The notes under the pieces are model-generated. The model was not told where the DNA came from. It saw only the letters and a list, made by a program, of their open reading frames with translations, and ran no database searches. A program made the position numbers and the translations under genes. Positions 20,264 to 32,569 of a stretch of DNA of 64,000 nucleotides are shown piece by piece; within the stretch, counting starts at the first letter, position 1, and every line of letters begins with the position of its first letter. Source of the stretch: Paramoeba atlantica (lineage: Eukaryota; Protista; Discosea). Location: positions 1 through 64,000 of the forward strand of contig CDRNVI010000025.1 of NCBI GenBank assembly GCA_977017575.1, in the 5' to 3' direction.

Positions 20264-21643
20264 TTATACCGAATCTGGGTACATTTCCAGAATCATCGTG
20301 CGAACAGGATCATCTTTACTTTTGAGAAGCGTAGCGCACTGAAATACAATAATTTCAGTGTCCACAACATTGAACATACGACTGTTGTTTTCTGTGTTAA
20401 AATACGCGTATTGTGATTTAGGGATGTGCAGGTGAAGATTAACGCAAGTGTTGTTCGAGATGGACGATACCCATGTAGAGAGAACCGTCGGAGGCCGAGA
20501 TAAATAGCTGGAGAGATCCGTCGCACCTCCCCCTATTCGCTTCTCGTGTGTGAATCGAATATTCCACCAATAAGGAATTACGGAGACATAATGAACAGAG
20601 AGCCCGTTGACGCCTTCAAATGGGCGAAGCAGCGAACGCTCAAGAAAAGAGTCCCCGAACAGCGCCTCTGCAAAGTCTTCGTCATAGGGAATGTCGAGGG
20701 TGAACACCCACTTGGGCCTACAGCTCTGCGTCACACGATGCAGAAGCTCATTTCCAAGTTCAGCACGCAACACGCTGCCGAAACTACCGAAAAATCTGTC
20801 GGTTTCGTAGAATGCCGAACCGAACACCATCGGGGCACCGGGACTGTTTTCGGTAAAAGCATTGAGGGGCGACGCACATAAGTCAATAACAGTGTAGCCG
20901 GACTGCACGAGCCTTTCCTTCAGTCGAAGATCGGCACACAGCTGTAACGATCCACTTCGCAGAATGCGTATGTATCGAATTAAAACCGTAGCAATGCGGT
21001 AAAGAATCTCTTCGGGCGCCTGAGGGGAGTTTGTCCGGTAAAGCCGCCGAAGTCGTTCGTAGGTAGCGGCGGGAACAGAAATGGAGAAAGCATAGGGCTC
21101 GGCATTCACGACAACCGCAACTTGCAGATGCACGGAATGCCCAATACAGGAAGGGAGAGTGGGTTTTTTGGAAGCTGTCCTCGGTAAGTAGTCTTCGCGG
21201 ACCAGTCGCAAGGTAGAAAGTTGTGTTACTCCCTTTAAAGTGCAAATCTCGTTCCATGTTTTTTGACATTTCACAATTAAGGAAAAGTTTTGGAGAAAGC
21301 TTCGTAATCGATCAATGTCTTCGGAGTGGTGCAGATCTAGCAGGAGCGCTGTATCACGTAGGAGTTGTGCATCGTAGGTGGGACCAGCAAGAGGAAGGAA
21401 TGCCATGGCAGGTGGAAACTGTCCTGATTTCTGAACTCGAAAAGGTGAGGATTGACTCAGAATCCACTTTGCTAAGGCCTCCCACAGCTTGCGCTCTGCT
21501 CTGGCGTGTTGCAATACTTTGCGTACCGGGAAAGCTTGCTTTAGCGCCACATGGAACTCAACGTTTATTGAAGTCCAGGCTCGTTCAAGCAATACTTCGG
21601 AAACAAGCGCTTCGAGGGCGCCTGATTGATCCTCCAGCTGCAT
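20264..21643 (-). CDS. PCIF1: PCIF1/CAPAM-like cap-adenosine N6-methyltransferase domain protein (no WW domain)
   Basis: RLRRLY..LIRY..LQ, CASPLN, FGSAFYETDRFFGSFGS, DIPY at the NPPF position, VIPYW, DTEIIVFQ. Confidence 0.7.
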   Translation of the reverse strand: MQLEDQSGALEALVSEVLLERAWTSINVEFHVALKQAFPVRKVLQHARAERKLWEALAKWILSQSSPFRVQKSGQFPPAMAFLPLAGPTYDAQLLRDTALLLDLHHSEDIDRLRSFLQNFSLIVKCQKTWNEICTLKGVTQLSTLRLVREDYLPRTASKKPTLPSCIGHSVHLQVAVVVNAEPYAFSISVPAATYERLRRLYRTNSPQAPEEILYRIATVLIRYIRILRSGSLQLCADLRLKERLVQSGYTVIDLCASPLNAFTENSPGAPMVFGSAFYETDRFFGSFGSVLRAELGNELLHRVTQSCRPKWVFTLDIPYDEDFAEALFGDSFLERSLLRPFEGVNGLSVHYVSVIPYWWNIRFTHEKRIGGGATDLSSYLSRPPTVLSTWVSSISNNTCVNLHLHIPKSQYAYFNTENNSRMFNVVDTEIIVFQCATLLKSKDDPVRTMILEMYPDSV

Positions 21644-21900
21644 TCTATCCGATTATAACGGTGTGCAAATCAAAAGAGTCAGAAAAAGCCATACGACTTT
21701 TAGCTTTTGACATGTGAAATTAGATCTTCAAGGGCGAAAGGTGCTTACATAGACTAGGAGAATTAAAGGAACGTCAAAGGATTTGTACGCCTGTAAAAAG
21801 GTGACGTCGCATAAAATGCTATCATTATCACTATTGCAGAAAGGAATTACAATAGTAAAAAATATACATAAACGCATGTACATGAACGTTCGACCAACTT

Positions 21901-23235
21901 TTATTCATCTGATTTTCCCCAGACAGCTTTTCGTTTTTTCCATGGCTCTTTCTTCACCCTTTCCCGTCGCTTTTCATTAGTACGATCGATGTTAAGTGTG
22001 CCCTCATCGTAATCCTGAGGCAAGACCCCTTCCGTTTTCCACTGCTTGACTCTTTCCTTCAGTAGATCGCGAGCGCCAATCTTTTTCTGGGACAACTCGC
22101 TGACACTGCTTGAAGGTACATAATCAAAGTACTCTCGTCGTGGCAGGAAGTGCATGGGATTACGTATCTTAAAATGCCAATGCACATGGTAAAACATCTT
22201 ATCATTTTGCGGAATCGACTCCGCCACGCGCATTCGGACATATCGGTGTCGAATCGCGGTAATCAGTCGACTGGAGAAATCGAACAGCAACGGCTTCACC
22301 TGCTCATAATACTTCTCGCTGTGCACCGCATTCAGCGCCCGTACATACGGCTCACACGGTACCGCATGTAAATTCGTACGGGTCGCAATCATCTCCCGCA
22401 ACACCTGTACCACCCCCTCCTCATCCTTTGTCATCCCTGCGGCATCCAACACGTGACCCCATAACGCAATCGGGAAATGCGGAGACGTGTTCCATCGTTC
22501 CTTCTTTGAGAATTCAAACAAATCTTTCCACATTGGGTCTTCAAATTTACTCGCCGCATACATAAGAGCGAGAGCGAGACACAGCGGTGGGTTACGTCGA
22601 GATCCCATCGCATGTTGCAATGCATTTGACGCAGCCTCTGGACACGAGGTCGCGGATTCCGTGTCCGGGTTATTCCCACTATGGTACGTACGCATTGCAT
22701 TAAGGTTACGAAAATCCGCTTTCCAGGTCTCCGAGGCACTCGGGAGTGTACTCGGCAGGGCGCCCGCCGCAAGCCAGGGCTCGATGTACTGAGGCGAGCC
22801 ATCCCGCTCCCAGATCTCCCGGAGTTGTGCAAACACCGAAGCGCTCGGGCACATCTCGACCAGCTTAGAAAACAAAACATGCCGCTGGGTCTCGGGGAGC
22901 ACACGAGCGATACGGCAGTACTGCGTGAGGAGGGTAGAGGAAGACTCGATGGATTCCGGGGACGCTGTGCTTTGCTGACACACGTGGTCAAGAAAAGGAC
23001 GGAGCGCGATTTGTAGCGCCGGGTGGAGCTCGTGGTGGAGACTTAGACGAAAGGAGTTGTCCCCACGACGGGAGTGGTTGTGCCAGACCAGCCCGAGGTT
23101 GCGGTTGTGTAGCCGTGGGCGGTCAATTCCTCCCGGGTTAAGGTAGTGCCACCCGAAGGGACTGTAGGAGGCGTTCGGACAGTTGTCGGGATCGGTTTGG
23201 TGATGTAGACGTCGTAGGCGGGTGCGGCGAAGCAT
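21901..23235 (-). CDS. Conserved mitochondrial-type protein, possibly a kinetoplastid mitoribosomal protein
   Basis: MLRRTRLRR presequence; Trp/His-rich conserved-looking blocks; the specific identity is inference. Confidence 0.65.
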   Translation of the reverse strand: MLRRTRLRRLHHQTDPDNCPNASYSPFGWHYLNPGGIDRPRLHNRNLGLVWHNHSRRGDNSFRLSLHHELHPALQIALRPFLDHVCQQSTASPESIESSSTLLTQYCRIARVLPETQRHVLFSKLVEMCPSASVFAQLREIWERDGSPQYIEPWLAAGALPSTLPSASETWKADFRNLNAMRTYHSGNNPDTESATSCPEAASNALQHAMGSRRNPPLCLALALMYAASKFEDPMWKDLFEFSKKERWNTSPHFPIALWGHVLDAAGMTKDEEGVVQVLREMIATRTNLHAVPCEPYVRALNAVHSEKYYEQVKPLLFDFSSRLITAIRHRYVRMRVAESIPQNDKMFYHVHWHFKIRNPMHFLPRREYFDYVPSSSVSELSQKKIGARDLLKERVKQWKTEGVLPQDYDEGTLNIDRTNEKRRERVKKEPWKKRKAVWGKSDE

Positions 23236-23388
23236 TGGGATAGGAGAAGGGAAGGGTGAAGTAAGAAATCCGTGAAGGAAGATGTAAAACAATGAATAAA
23301 GTGCAAAGAAGATTTTTGTAAATACAGTGAAGAATTTTTTTTACGCTAAGAAAATAGTATGGTGTGCCAAGCAAATACGGTAAGTAGT

Positions 23389-24339
23389 TCAGCAGGATTC
23401 AGCTGATGAACTGTATTCATCATCTTCGTCGTCGGTATCAGTCTGTCCTTTAAAACGTATTTTCGTACCGTACGTCATAAAGGTAGTGGACAAAGACTCT
23501 GGGAGCATAGACACATCAATTTCACCTTGGAGATTCTGGTTGTCTTCGAGGTCCAATGTTTCCAATCGTGCGGGAAGATGAACAAAGCGCACTAACCCAG
23601 AAAACAAATTATTGGCACAGTAAAGATCTATCAATGACGAGGGTAAATGTTGTAACTCTAGAGAGCCGGTAAAACAATTACACGATAAATTGAGATATTG
23701 AAGTTTTTTCGGTAAGTTTAGAAGATTCAATTCTCCCTGTAAAAGATTTTTATGAAGGCGAAGATGAGTCAAACTCATTGAAAGTGTTGCTAACTCAATA
23801 TGTCCATCGAACTGATTGGATTCGGCATCCAACTCGTCTAGAGTGTTGGGCAAGTGAACTAAATCCAAAGGTCCTGTAAATTTGTTTGTAGAGAGCCCAA
23901 GGTAAAAAATGTTTGTGGGTAATCTGCCCAACTCTGCACTTCCCGTTATGTTGTTTCTCCACACGTTGAATTCTCGTAGTGTTTCCGGTAGCCATTCCAA
24001 TCGTAATAACCCAGTAAGATTAATGTCAAGCAAAGAAATTCTCGTGACCCGCAGATCAGCGTCACACATGACGCTTTTCCATCCACATGCTGGTGTCGAA
24101 GTCGTCCAAGACATTGGCGGGTTATCAATGGCTTGAAAGAGTCGTGCAAGCTCGTATTCCTGTGGCAAGTTTGCCCCTCGTATTTTTCCTAAACCGGAAG
24201 ACAAAACAGAGCCGTGTACACGTTCGTTCACTTTTAGGATACTACAGTCCTTCTTTTGCCGCTTAGTCGGTGGCCGTAAATCACTACATTGGCATGCTCG
24301 AAAGCGGATCACATGAAAAGATATCGGTGGAAAAGTCAT
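23389..24339 (-). CDS. Leucine-rich repeat protein (LRRNT-type cap, 22-aa LPxxLxxLxLxxNxFxG repeats)
   Basis: GANLPQEYELARLF, CGWKSVMC cap, about 8 LRRs, acidic tail. Confidence 0.85.
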   Translation of the reverse strand: MTFPPISFHVIRFRACQCSDLRPPTKRQKKDCSILKVNERVHGSVLSSGLGKIRGANLPQEYELARLFQAIDNPPMSWTTSTPACGWKSVMCDADLRVTRISLLDINLTGLLRLEWLPETLREFNVWRNNITGSAELGRLPTNIFYLGLSTNKFTGPLDLVHLPNTLDELDAESNQFDGHIELATLSMSLTHLRLHKNLLQGELNLLNLPKKLQYLNLSCNCFTGSLELQHLPSSLIDLYCANNLFSGLVRFVHLPARLETLDLEDNQNLQGEIDVSMLPESLSTTFMTYGTKIRFKGQTDTDDEDDEYSSSAESC

Positions 24340-24402
24340 GAAAAAAGGTTGTGATAAAGGCAGTGAAAATATAATCAAAAGGATCATTTGAGGTCGCAGA
24401 TA

Positions 24403-25176
24403 CAGGGGTGAACAGAAATCTTGCCCCCCCCCCCCCGCGGAAATTTGACTTTTTTTTATCCGCTTTTGCTCATCTTTGCAGCATTCGAGGGATCTCGTTT
24501 TCCTAGCGAAGGGCTTTGCCGCCTTTTTTTCATAGGGACCCCCTGGGGCTCATACGGCGACCCGAAAATCGACCTGAAACAAGATTTTAGAAAACTCAAA
24601 TTTTGAAAATTAAGTGAGAAAATGCAGAAAATGCCGATCAGTAAGAACTACTATACGTGATTTAAACTTATTTTAAACTACTAACTTCTATACGTGATTT
24701 AAACTTTGTAGATTAGTGCCCAGAATGTCCGCCGTCATTTTCTAATACTATTCGGAGTCTTTTGGGTTTAGGGTTTGTAGATCTCGTTTTCACAGTTTCA
24801 CATAAGGGAAAAATGTACGTGAGGGATACAAATTTGCTAAAAATCATGTTTTTTATTCCATGAGAGCTCTAGGGAGCCATTATGAAAGAAATGCAGCAAG
24901 ACTATTCGCTATGAGAACGAGATTCATCAAACGCGATTAAAACGAGCAAAAATGTGAAGGACATAATTTCATAAAACTTAAAAAAGGCGTAAAAAAATAG
25001 GTGCGTTCCAGAAAAATGGTATCAAAAAACCATGTGTTTTGGACCTAGGAGGTCCCTATGAAAAAAAGCCCCTCGCTGGGAAAACGAGATTTTTCCAATG
25101 CTGCAAAGATGAGCAAAAACGGATAAAAAAAGTCAAATTTCCGATGGGGGGGGGGCAAGATTTCTGTTCACCCCTG
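24403..25176. mobile_element. Non-autonomous Tc1-like element with long (~150-bp) TIRs
   Basis: TA-CAGGGGTGAACAGAAATCTTGCCCCCC... at both ends in inverted orientation; TA at 24401-02 and 25177-78. Confidence 0.85.
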
Positions 25177-25372
25177 TATCTGCGACTTAATTAAAGCGAA
25201 AATTTTATAGTTAAACTAATTCACCGAAACTTACTGTTTTTTAGGCATTCTGAATGCCTCTTTAGTTGAGTATAGTGCTTTGTTTAACTAATAATCTACA
25301 TACATGTAGATTTTACACAAGATGTATTTTTATCGTAATCGATGACTAGGTTGTTCAGCATTTTCATGTCTC

Positions 25373-25850
25373 TTGGTTGTTACGTCGATCTTAAGCGTCA
25401 CGGAAGAAAATATCGTTTCTCGGCTTCGTTCTCATTCTTTCGGTTCACACACGCCTTGTCTCCGACTTAATGCAGCACTTCAAGGGAAGGTTTGCTACAA
25501 GAAGCTGCCGGATGGCACTCAATGCCGAAGAAAATTATCAGAATTTGATCTTTTTTTACGCCGTGTAAAAGGCCTAGGAAGTACTTTTCGTACTTGGATG
25601 CTGGTAGCGGGAGGCAATTTACCACATGTTATTGCTTTACTAATTGGTAGATCCTTGCGTGCAGTGACAAGCTATCTTGCTAACATCGAATAGGTTTTCT
25701 TAATTGACCGAGCCCCTCAAAATCTCATAATTTTTCTAATGGTAGATGAAACGTACATCGAGAAGCGGCTTGCTTCGGAAAAGAGATTTTTCGAATCCAA
25801 GAACGTTCAAGCCGGAGAAGCTGTGCCAGTATAAATACTTTCAGAGGTTT
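25373..25850 (+). pseudogene. Merlin/IS1595-like transposase remnant
   Basis: DGTQCRRKLSE.., HTH-like IALLIGRSLRAVTSYL; reading through TAG 25691 gives MVDETYIEKR (first catalytic motif). Confidence 0.5.
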
Positions 25851-25991
25851 TCGAAGAAGGATGACCATTTACAAAACACCGCCGGGGCCATGTACGAAAC
25901 GTATAAAAAACAAGGATAGAGTTAAACGAATTGCTCATCGGTAGCGTGTATACCATGAGGTTTGTACCCCGTATAAACTTCTTCTTACAAT

Positions 25992-27298
25992 GGAGACTGT
26001 GCAGCTAACAGGTGCCATCTCGTGCCGTCTTGTGCCAATTCATGCCAACTCATGCCAATTCGTGCCAATTCATGCCAACCAGAACTGGGAATAATGAGAG
26101 TTTTTTTAGGGATACAGAAATCACATGCATTTTTTCATACCCTGTACCTCAATGCCCCCTCCACGGAATATCCATAATAATTAGGCCTTGGTGACATCGC
26201 GCGGGCCCTCACTACAGTAAACGTCACTATTCTGAGAGTCGCTAAAAATGAGAATTGGGCTGTCAACGTACAACTGGCTAAAATGAGAATGCACCTTGAA
26301 AAATGAGAATGGAGCTTCGGTCATGTGTCAACGTTCAATTCAATTTTACACTCAAAACTGAGAATTGAAAAAAAAAGCGCTTTCGTTCTCTCAATGATTA
26401 ACTCACTGCTTCATCTTCACTCACTGGAGAGTATGCGAGAGATAAGTGGAGATTACTGGGGATACTATACCCCCCACAGTAATAGAATCGATTTTGGACC
26501 CAAACGGCCTAATCTCTGTTACTGGGGGGTATGCTTTTTTGGTGGGAAAAAACCTTTTTTACTCATGAGTTCGTTGATTTTCTGCCCTGACAACCCCGCA
26601 ACTACGCCATTCGCTCCAGCGCAACCACCCTCACCCAGCCCGGCGACCCCCACCCGCCCAAACACCCCCTCCCCCCTCCAATCACCCTCCCGTGCCAAAT
26701 CTCTGTTACTGGGGGTCAGCCGAAAAATCGTCCAATCTCTGTTGCGGGGGGGGTCTATCACTGGGGGGGGGGTATCGTATACCGTGGGTGGCATACACCC
26801 CCCCAGTAACAAGGATTTGGCATTTATGGTCCAACATTGATTCCATTACTGAGGGAGTATAGGTAGGTGGAGATAGATGGGGGTCACAGGGAATCACTGG
26901 AGATCATTTTTATCGTTGTCTCATTCAGCTGGCTACGTGTAATGAAACTTTGTTTTTCTGAAAGCAAAACGTTATTACACAAAAGGAAAACTGGCGCTGT
27001 TCGACTGCGCGGTGGTCTACTGATAGAGCGGCGACTCCGTAAACCGAGGAGATACTCCCCCTTTCATAATTCTTTATAAATATAAACTATAAGTGTTTCG
27101 GCGATTTATATTTATATTATATAAAGCTTTATAAGTGTTTGGTACCGAGGTGGATTTACTTATAAAAGAACGCATCGAAAAAAGATTTAAATTGGCTGAT
27201 AAAACAAAAATATGGCTACTCATGCCAACTTATGCCAATTCATGCCAACTTGTGCCAATTCATGCCAACTCATGCCAACCAAGACTTGCACAGTCTCC
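25992..27298. mobile_element. Non-autonomous DNA transposon with 12-bp TIR GGAGACTGTGCA and AAT duplication
   Basis: AAT at 25989-91 and 27299-301; decamer TGCCAAYTCR arrays at 26034-26080 and 27221-27280. Confidence 0.75.
26213..26859. mobile_element. Family A copy nested in the AAT element
   Basis: First ~270 bp match 9110-9385; repeated CCCCCCAGTAA / TTACTGGGGGG motifs; ends GAGGGAGTA. Confidence 0.65.
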
Positions 27299-27505
27299 AA
27301 TGGAACACATCTTGTGATACTGATTCTTCCCATGTGAAATCGTATATCGAATACACCCCCTCATAAAAGATCCTATCAACTCAACCTTTCTTTACAAAGA
27401 GACCCCTCAATAGTGAAAAGTTTTAAATTCTTGTATCCCTTCCTCAAACCAACCCTTTTTTTCATTCCCCCCAACCCCTTAGGCTACCCCCCCGCCTCCC
27501 CTCCC

Positions 27506-28502
<997 letters not shown>

Positions 28503-28824
28503 TGTGAAAGGGAGGAGAGGCGAATAAAAATGGGGTTAAAAAGTGGTGTCGTTTGGATTAGGAGACACAGTGTATAAAGCTAGCCCCCGATAGGATACAC
28601 TTCTGCTATACCACAACGTTTAAAGCCTCGTTGTTATAAAATTGGCGTACACTCCCGATCACTCCTCTCTCTTCTGTTTCAATACCTTAAATGATTTCCG
28701 CATATCGGGCCTACCATCACATGCCAGTTTTAATACCGCGCAGTATGTTTCAACAGTGTATGTTTCAACAGTATATTTCAACAAAATATCGTTCTCTTCC
28801 TATACTAAAACCACCCCACCCACC

Positions 28825-30567
28825 TTATGCTTTCACCCGCAACGCACCCGCAATCGTCTCCACGGCCTTTATATCCCGTATCAGATGCCCAATCGCATCC
28901 TGCATCATCTTACTCGGATCCGACGTCCGGTCCCGTGACACCGTATGAATCGTACTCCCCTCAATATAAAAATCCAACCCATCCGGAGAGGCCATCCTCC
29001 GTGGCCCCGACAACCCACGTCCGGGGCCTCCTTTCCCCCCCCCACCCCCTGTCTCCTTCCTCCCCCGTGTCCCCACCGCACCCGAAGAAGAAGGAGACTT
29101 TGTCTTTTTCTGTGTCGCCCCCTCTCCTTTCGACGTTGCCTTTCCCCCCCCCTCCCCCTCCCCCTGCGGCTGCTGCTGCTGGAACCCCTTATGCTTCCAA
29201 CACAGCAGGTGGGCCGTCATCTCCCCCCCGCCCACTTCGGGGGCCCCGTGCAGCCCCGCGAGCCGGTCCACCCCCATCCCCCCGTACAGCCCCAGGTACG
29301 ACCGCAGCACCGGCACCCACGCCTGCTGCTGCACCTCCCGGTACAGCATCACCGCGTGGGAGGCCATCCGCACGAACGGGGAGTGGGCGTAGACGGAGTC
29401 CGCGTCCTCGGGGCGCCCCGCGGGCGTGAGGAACTTCGGGCAGGCCCTGCGGAAGGCGTGCCGGAAGGTGTCCTCCTCGTAGGTGAGCGCGAGGAGCTCC
29501 TCCGGGGGGGCGGGGAGGGCGGCCTTCAACGAGTCCTCCACGGGGGCGGGGTACAGCGTGAGCACGAGGGCGAGGGCGGCGGTGGAGTGGCGGCGGAGGG
29601 TCGCGAGGGTCTGCTGGGGGTCGGGGAGGGCGGCGTAGGTGTTGGCCCAGCGCAGGGCACGGAGGAGGAGGTGGTGGGCGTCGGGGTAGCGCCGGAGCAT
29701 GAGGGCGGAGAAGCCGGCGTGGTAGTGGAGGGTGAGGCAGCAGGGGGGGAGGGCGTGGCAGGGGGCGTCGAGGCGGTCGAGGGTGGCGGGGAGGAGGAGG
29801 GGGGTGCCCTCGAGGGTGCGGAGGGCGGTGTAGTAGTCCCCGAGCTGGGTGTGGAGACGGAGGAGTTGGATGAGGGCGTAGTACCCGGTGAGGGGGAGGG
29901 GGTGGGTGAGCTCGGGGGCGTCGCAGGCGAGTAGCGCGCGGATGTTGCTGCGCTCGACGAGGTCGGTGAGGTGCTGGATGACACTTGCGGGGTTGCACAC
30001 CTCCGTGGGGGGTTGGTGAAGACGGGTGGCGAGGTTGTCCCCCTCACGGTACCGTGCGTGGCAGTAGGTTTGGGTTTGGTAGACGAACTCGTTGAGGAGG
30101 TCCCAGCTCCACTTGTTGGGGAGGGCGAGCGTAAACGTGCCCTCTTTGAGCATACGGAAATAGTCGCGGTAGTTCTCCCAGGCCTCGATGCGGACAGCGA
30201 TGGGTACGTCACGCTGCTCATGGAGGTAGCGGAAGTAGAGCTCTTTGTACAGAAAGCACGCCACGGGGTCGGTCCCGAGATGGGACTGAATGGAGGACAG
30301 CGCGGGCCACTGACGTCCCGCGATACGCTGTGCGTTCCGCTGGTTGCTGCGCGTCCCGGCACGGTTTTTGTCGGCGCCTTTGCGGGCGGCGTTAGTCTTT
30401 TCTTCACGGGTGATGCTCGCCTCGCTTTTGTAGTGCTCCTCGGTAAGGTGAGGATAGGTGACATCGTAGAGACGAGTAATGTCTTTGATTTTCTTTTCGC
30501 GAGCAGCCGTCGAGAGATCACGTAGGAATTGTTTCACATTCTCCGGTATGGAGTCCTGTGCGGGCAT
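28825..30567 (-). CDS. EIF3L: Translation initiation factor 3 subunit L (Paf67 family)
   Basis: LYKELYFRY, WENYRDYF, LPNKWSWDLLNEFVYQ, GYYALIQLLRLHTQLGDY, YHAGFSALMLRRYPDA. Confidence 0.9.
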   Translation of the reverse strand: MPAQDSIPENVKQFLRDLSTAAREKKIKDITRLYDVTYPHLTEEHYKSEASITREEKTNAARKGADKNRAGTRSNQRNAQRIAGRQWPALSSIQSHLGTDPVACFLYKELYFRYLHEQRDVPIAVRIEAWENYRDYFRMLKEGTFTLALPNKWSWDLLNEFVYQTQTYCHARYREGDNLATRLHQPPTEVCNPASVIQHLTDLVERSNIRALLACDAPELTHPLPLTGYYALIQLLRLHTQLGDYYTALRTLEGTPLLLPATLDRLDAPCHALPPCCLTLHYHAGFSALMLRRYPDAHHLLLRALRWANTYAALPDPQQTLATLRRHSTAALALVLTLYPAPVEDSLKAALPAPPEELLALTYEEDTFRHAFRRACPKFLTPAGRPEDADSVYAHSPFVRMASHAVMLYREVQQQAWVPVLRSYLGLYGGMGVDRLAGLHGAPEVGGGEMTAHLLCWKHKGFQQQQPQGEGEGGGKATSKGEGATQKKTKSPSSSGAVGTRGRKETGGGGGKGGPGRGLSGPRRMASPDGLDFYIEGSTIHTVSRDRTSDPSKMMQDAIGHLIRDIKAVETIAGALRVKA

Positions 30568-30762
30568 TGTGGTTTGCTACAAGATAAAATAAATAAAAGT
30601 GCACTATCTGATCGTTTTTTCACACAAAATACTTACAATATGCGTATCCTTGAAAGCTTCCCCATGAGTACTATTTTTTTTATATTAAAGACATCTCGTT
30701 CCCACACGTTTTGCATACACATGTACGAACAAAATAATCCCCGCTCACGTACCCCCTGTTCC

Positions 30763-32202
30763 TTAAAACAAGTACCGTTTGCTATTTGGCATACCATGTA
30801 CATAGGCGCTCTTCTCGTTTTTATAATACGCGGGCCACAGCGAAGTGGCACTTTGACGTCGCGGGCGGCGATACACATCCGGCAACCCCAATTGGTGACG
30901 TTCGGCAGCAAACTCCTCCGCGGATCCAATAGCCTCAGTACGTGGCAGTGTCCGAGATTGGGCTCGGGTCGGACGTCCGTGCTCGTCTTTGGTCCCATGT
31001 AAAACTGCGGACCAGCGTCGCTGGAAAGTCCAGCGAGAGAGGCGGTAGGAGGGACGGGTGGCATCCTGTTCCTCCCGGTCCCGCTCCATTGTGCGTAGTG
31101 TGTCCTCGAAATTCGGACCCACAGTGGACTGCAGCGCACGGCTGCGGGAGACGAACGCGGAGAGGCGCTGATCTCTTTGTTTCGCCTCCAGAGCGCGCTC
31201 GGCGGCGACCGGGTCCAGCGGCCACCTGCCCTCGGTGGGGAGCCCACCAAGGATGTGCTTCGCTGTGGTATTGAGGTCTTCCGTGAGATCACGGCAGGAC
31301 TCGGGCCACTCCCCAGGTGGAGTACCATCGTGAAGCTCCACGACGCGAATCTGACTCAGGCGCTCCATGCGCCGGATCAGATTCCACTTGTAGGGGTGGC
31401 GGCAACCAGCGATAAGGGATTTCTCCCGTTTCGAGAGCGGGAAGGTCTCGGTGCCATCCCGCTCCCTTCTTTTATTCTTGTGAGCCTCCCACGCCACACG
31501 ACGTCGGTCTGGGGGAAGCCGGAGAAGTGAGGTGCGCAGGAGCTCGTCGTACTCGGTGAGCCCGATGGCACCATAGAGCACACGGTCCCGCAGCCGCCGT
31601 GGGAGGTTGCGTGCCCACAGGGGGAACACCTGCTCGTCCCCCAGCATGTACGCATCCAGCCGGTCCTCCGGGACCATCCCGGTCTCGGACTCTATCTTCT
31701 CCCGGTACTGTGCAATCTCCCGCTCGTCGCGCTCCGCTACCCGGAGTGAGGCTTTGGCTTGCCTATAGGCCGCCCGGGTAGGGGGAGAGAGGGACTTGAT
31801 GCGACGCTTTAAAGTGCGAATACGCTCATTTGGCAGTCGAGTGTGATGTCCGCGAGGCAGGGAGGGTATACCCGTATTGGACTCCGCCATCACCCCTCCA
31901 AGATCCATATCGGTGGCAATCTCCTCCTCGGCACGGGTGGTGGGGGAGGCGCCGTGACGCAGGGCCTCGTAGGCGTCAGAGGAGACCTGGGCGGAGCGCA
32001 ATCGCTGGGACATACGCTCCTGGTGGCGTTCTTTGTTTTGCTCCTGCACACCACGAAGATAATTCCCCGGGTTCTTCGATTTGTAGCCCTCAAGGTAGTC
32101 ATGACGGGGGAAGGTTCGCGGCCGACTGGTGTAGTCGTGTATTTCCGTTCGCTGCGGGTAATAAATATGATGGCGTCGGAAATGCGAGACGCTGCGTCTC
32201 AT
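30763..32202 (-). CDS. Mitochondrial-type Arg-rich protein, possibly mitoribosomal
   Basis: MRRSVSHFRR presequence; 479-aa ORF; identity is inference. Confidence 0.7.
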   Translation of the reverse strand: MRRSVSHFRRHHIYYPQRTEIHDYTSRPRTFPRHDYLEGYKSKNPGNYLRGVQEQNKERHQERMSQRLRSAQVSSDAYEALRHGASPTTRAEEEIATDMDLGGVMAESNTGIPSLPRGHHTRLPNERIRTLKRRIKSLSPPTRAAYRQAKASLRVAERDEREIAQYREKIESETGMVPEDRLDAYMLGDEQVFPLWARNLPRRLRDRVLYGAIGLTEYDELLRTSLLRLPPDRRRVAWEAHKNKRRERDGTETFPLSKREKSLIAGCRHPYKWNLIRRMERLSQIRVVELHDGTPPGEWPESCRDLTEDLNTTAKHILGGLPTEGRWPLDPVAAERALEAKQRDQRLSAFVSRSRALQSTVGPNFEDTLRTMERDREEQDATRPSYRLSRWTFQRRWSAVLHGTKDEHGRPTRAQSRTLPRTEAIGSAEEFAAERHQLGLPDVYRRPRRQSATSLWPAYYKNEKSAYVHGMPNSKRYLF

Positions 32203-32569
32203 AAGGGTGACATTTTAGATAGGAACAAAGAGTGAGTTGATTTTCTATACAGTTGTGAAAGAAAATGATTGGGCGAAGCAAATAAAAACTAATATCAAAG
32301 TCAGCTAATAAGAGCTTGAAAGTACATTACTGGGTGATTCAAAATAGCGCTACACGTGATCGTTTAATATCATCATGGTTATTTACTATAATAGTATCAT
32401 CAATTTCTATTCTACTCTAGAAGAATTACACTCGTGTCCTACTTTTCGTTTAAAGGTAGTACTATTTCATTTATAAAATGATTGCCCAAAAATAAATCGA
32501 ATAGAGTAAGTTATGTTGTATAAAGTGCCTTATCAGCACGAACACCTCTGGATATTTCGGTTCCTTCAT

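Noticed and set aside
26034-27280. Decamer arrays as CRISPR-like repeats
   Set aside because: Contiguous 10-bp units with no spacers, inside a TIR element in a eukaryotic context.
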